Assembly (NCBI GenBank): GCA_965178125.1
Contig: OZ237745.1
Span: 992,001-1,056,000, forward strand
From: Bilabrum cf. latius
Taxonomy: Eukaryota
Length of the DNA stretch: 64,000 nucleotides
Direction of reading: 5' to 3'
In this document: positions 63,863 to 64,000 of the stretch, one piece after another
Layout: each line of letters begins with the position of its first letter
Position numbering within the stretch: position 1 is the stretch's first letter
The notes under the pieces: generated by a model
Told to the model about the DNA's origin: nothing
Seen by the model: only the letters and a program-made list of their open reading frames with translations
Databases searched by the model: none
Position numbers and translations under genes: made by a program

Positions 63863-64000
63863 TCATCGCCCGCCCCTCGAAGCCTTGCCTTTCCACACCG
63901 ACCCGCCCGTCTTCTTAGAGGGGGGCCCTGCCAGCGAGCTGGCCAGGTCGGCAGCAGACCGGCCCTGCGAGGAAGAGGCTCGTCGCCTGCTGCTGCTGCT
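63863..64000 (-). CDS. Probable 3' end of a gene entering from beyond the window
   Basis: Ser-rich frame ...SAADLASSLAGPPSKKTGGSVWKGKASRGGR-TGA (63865-63863); compositional evidence only. Confidence 0.3.
   Translation of the reverse strand, partial: SSSSRRRASSSQGRSAADLASSLAGPPSKKTGGSVWKGKASRGGR

Noticed and set aside
1-64000. Pyrrolysine or amber suppression, or a recoded phage or prokaryote
   Set aside because: Spliceosomal GT-AG introns and eukaryote-specific genes (ERGIC3, Cdc25, Ypi1) are present, no pyl genes are seen, and TAG is frequent and exchanges with CAG.
1-64000. Ciliate-type code (TAA and TAG both Gln)
   Set aside because: No in-frame TAA was found in the coding frames read, and TAA ends the Kelch and glycosyltransferase genes at the expected positions.
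1-64000. Species assignment (for example a Cafeteria-like bicosoecid stramenopile)
   Set aside because: GC content, compactness and Ala/Ser-rich proteins are suggestive only, and there is no rRNA or other marker that can be placed by eye.

Overview
GC-rich, intron-poor eukaryotic (protist-like) nuclear DNA that does not use the standard genetic code. TAG is a sense codon, most likely Gln, while TAA and TGA still terminate genes (equivalent to translation table 15). With TAG read through, the fragmented ORF track collapses into about 11 long genes. Compact housekeeping genes lie at both ends: Tudor-SN/SND1 and PP1 inhibitor-3/Ypi1 on the left; a C2H2 zinc-finger protein, a large disordered protein, a Kelch protein, an IQ-like protein, a GT47+GT34 glycosyltransferase fusion, Cdc25 and ERGIC3 on the right. 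Between them is a ~38 kb accessory island with two convergent paralogous giant genes (~3,633 aa and ~6,296 aa). They encode secreted, toxin-like proteins: signal peptide, bulb/GNA-type lectin repeats, a hydrophobic/cationic segment, one or three ~1,300-aa modules ending in an OTU-like cysteine protease domain, a helical region and C-terminal bulb-lectin repeats. The island is bordered by non-autonomous mobile elements (a long-TIR element and a split-direct-repeat element). All calls are by eye; no database search was run.
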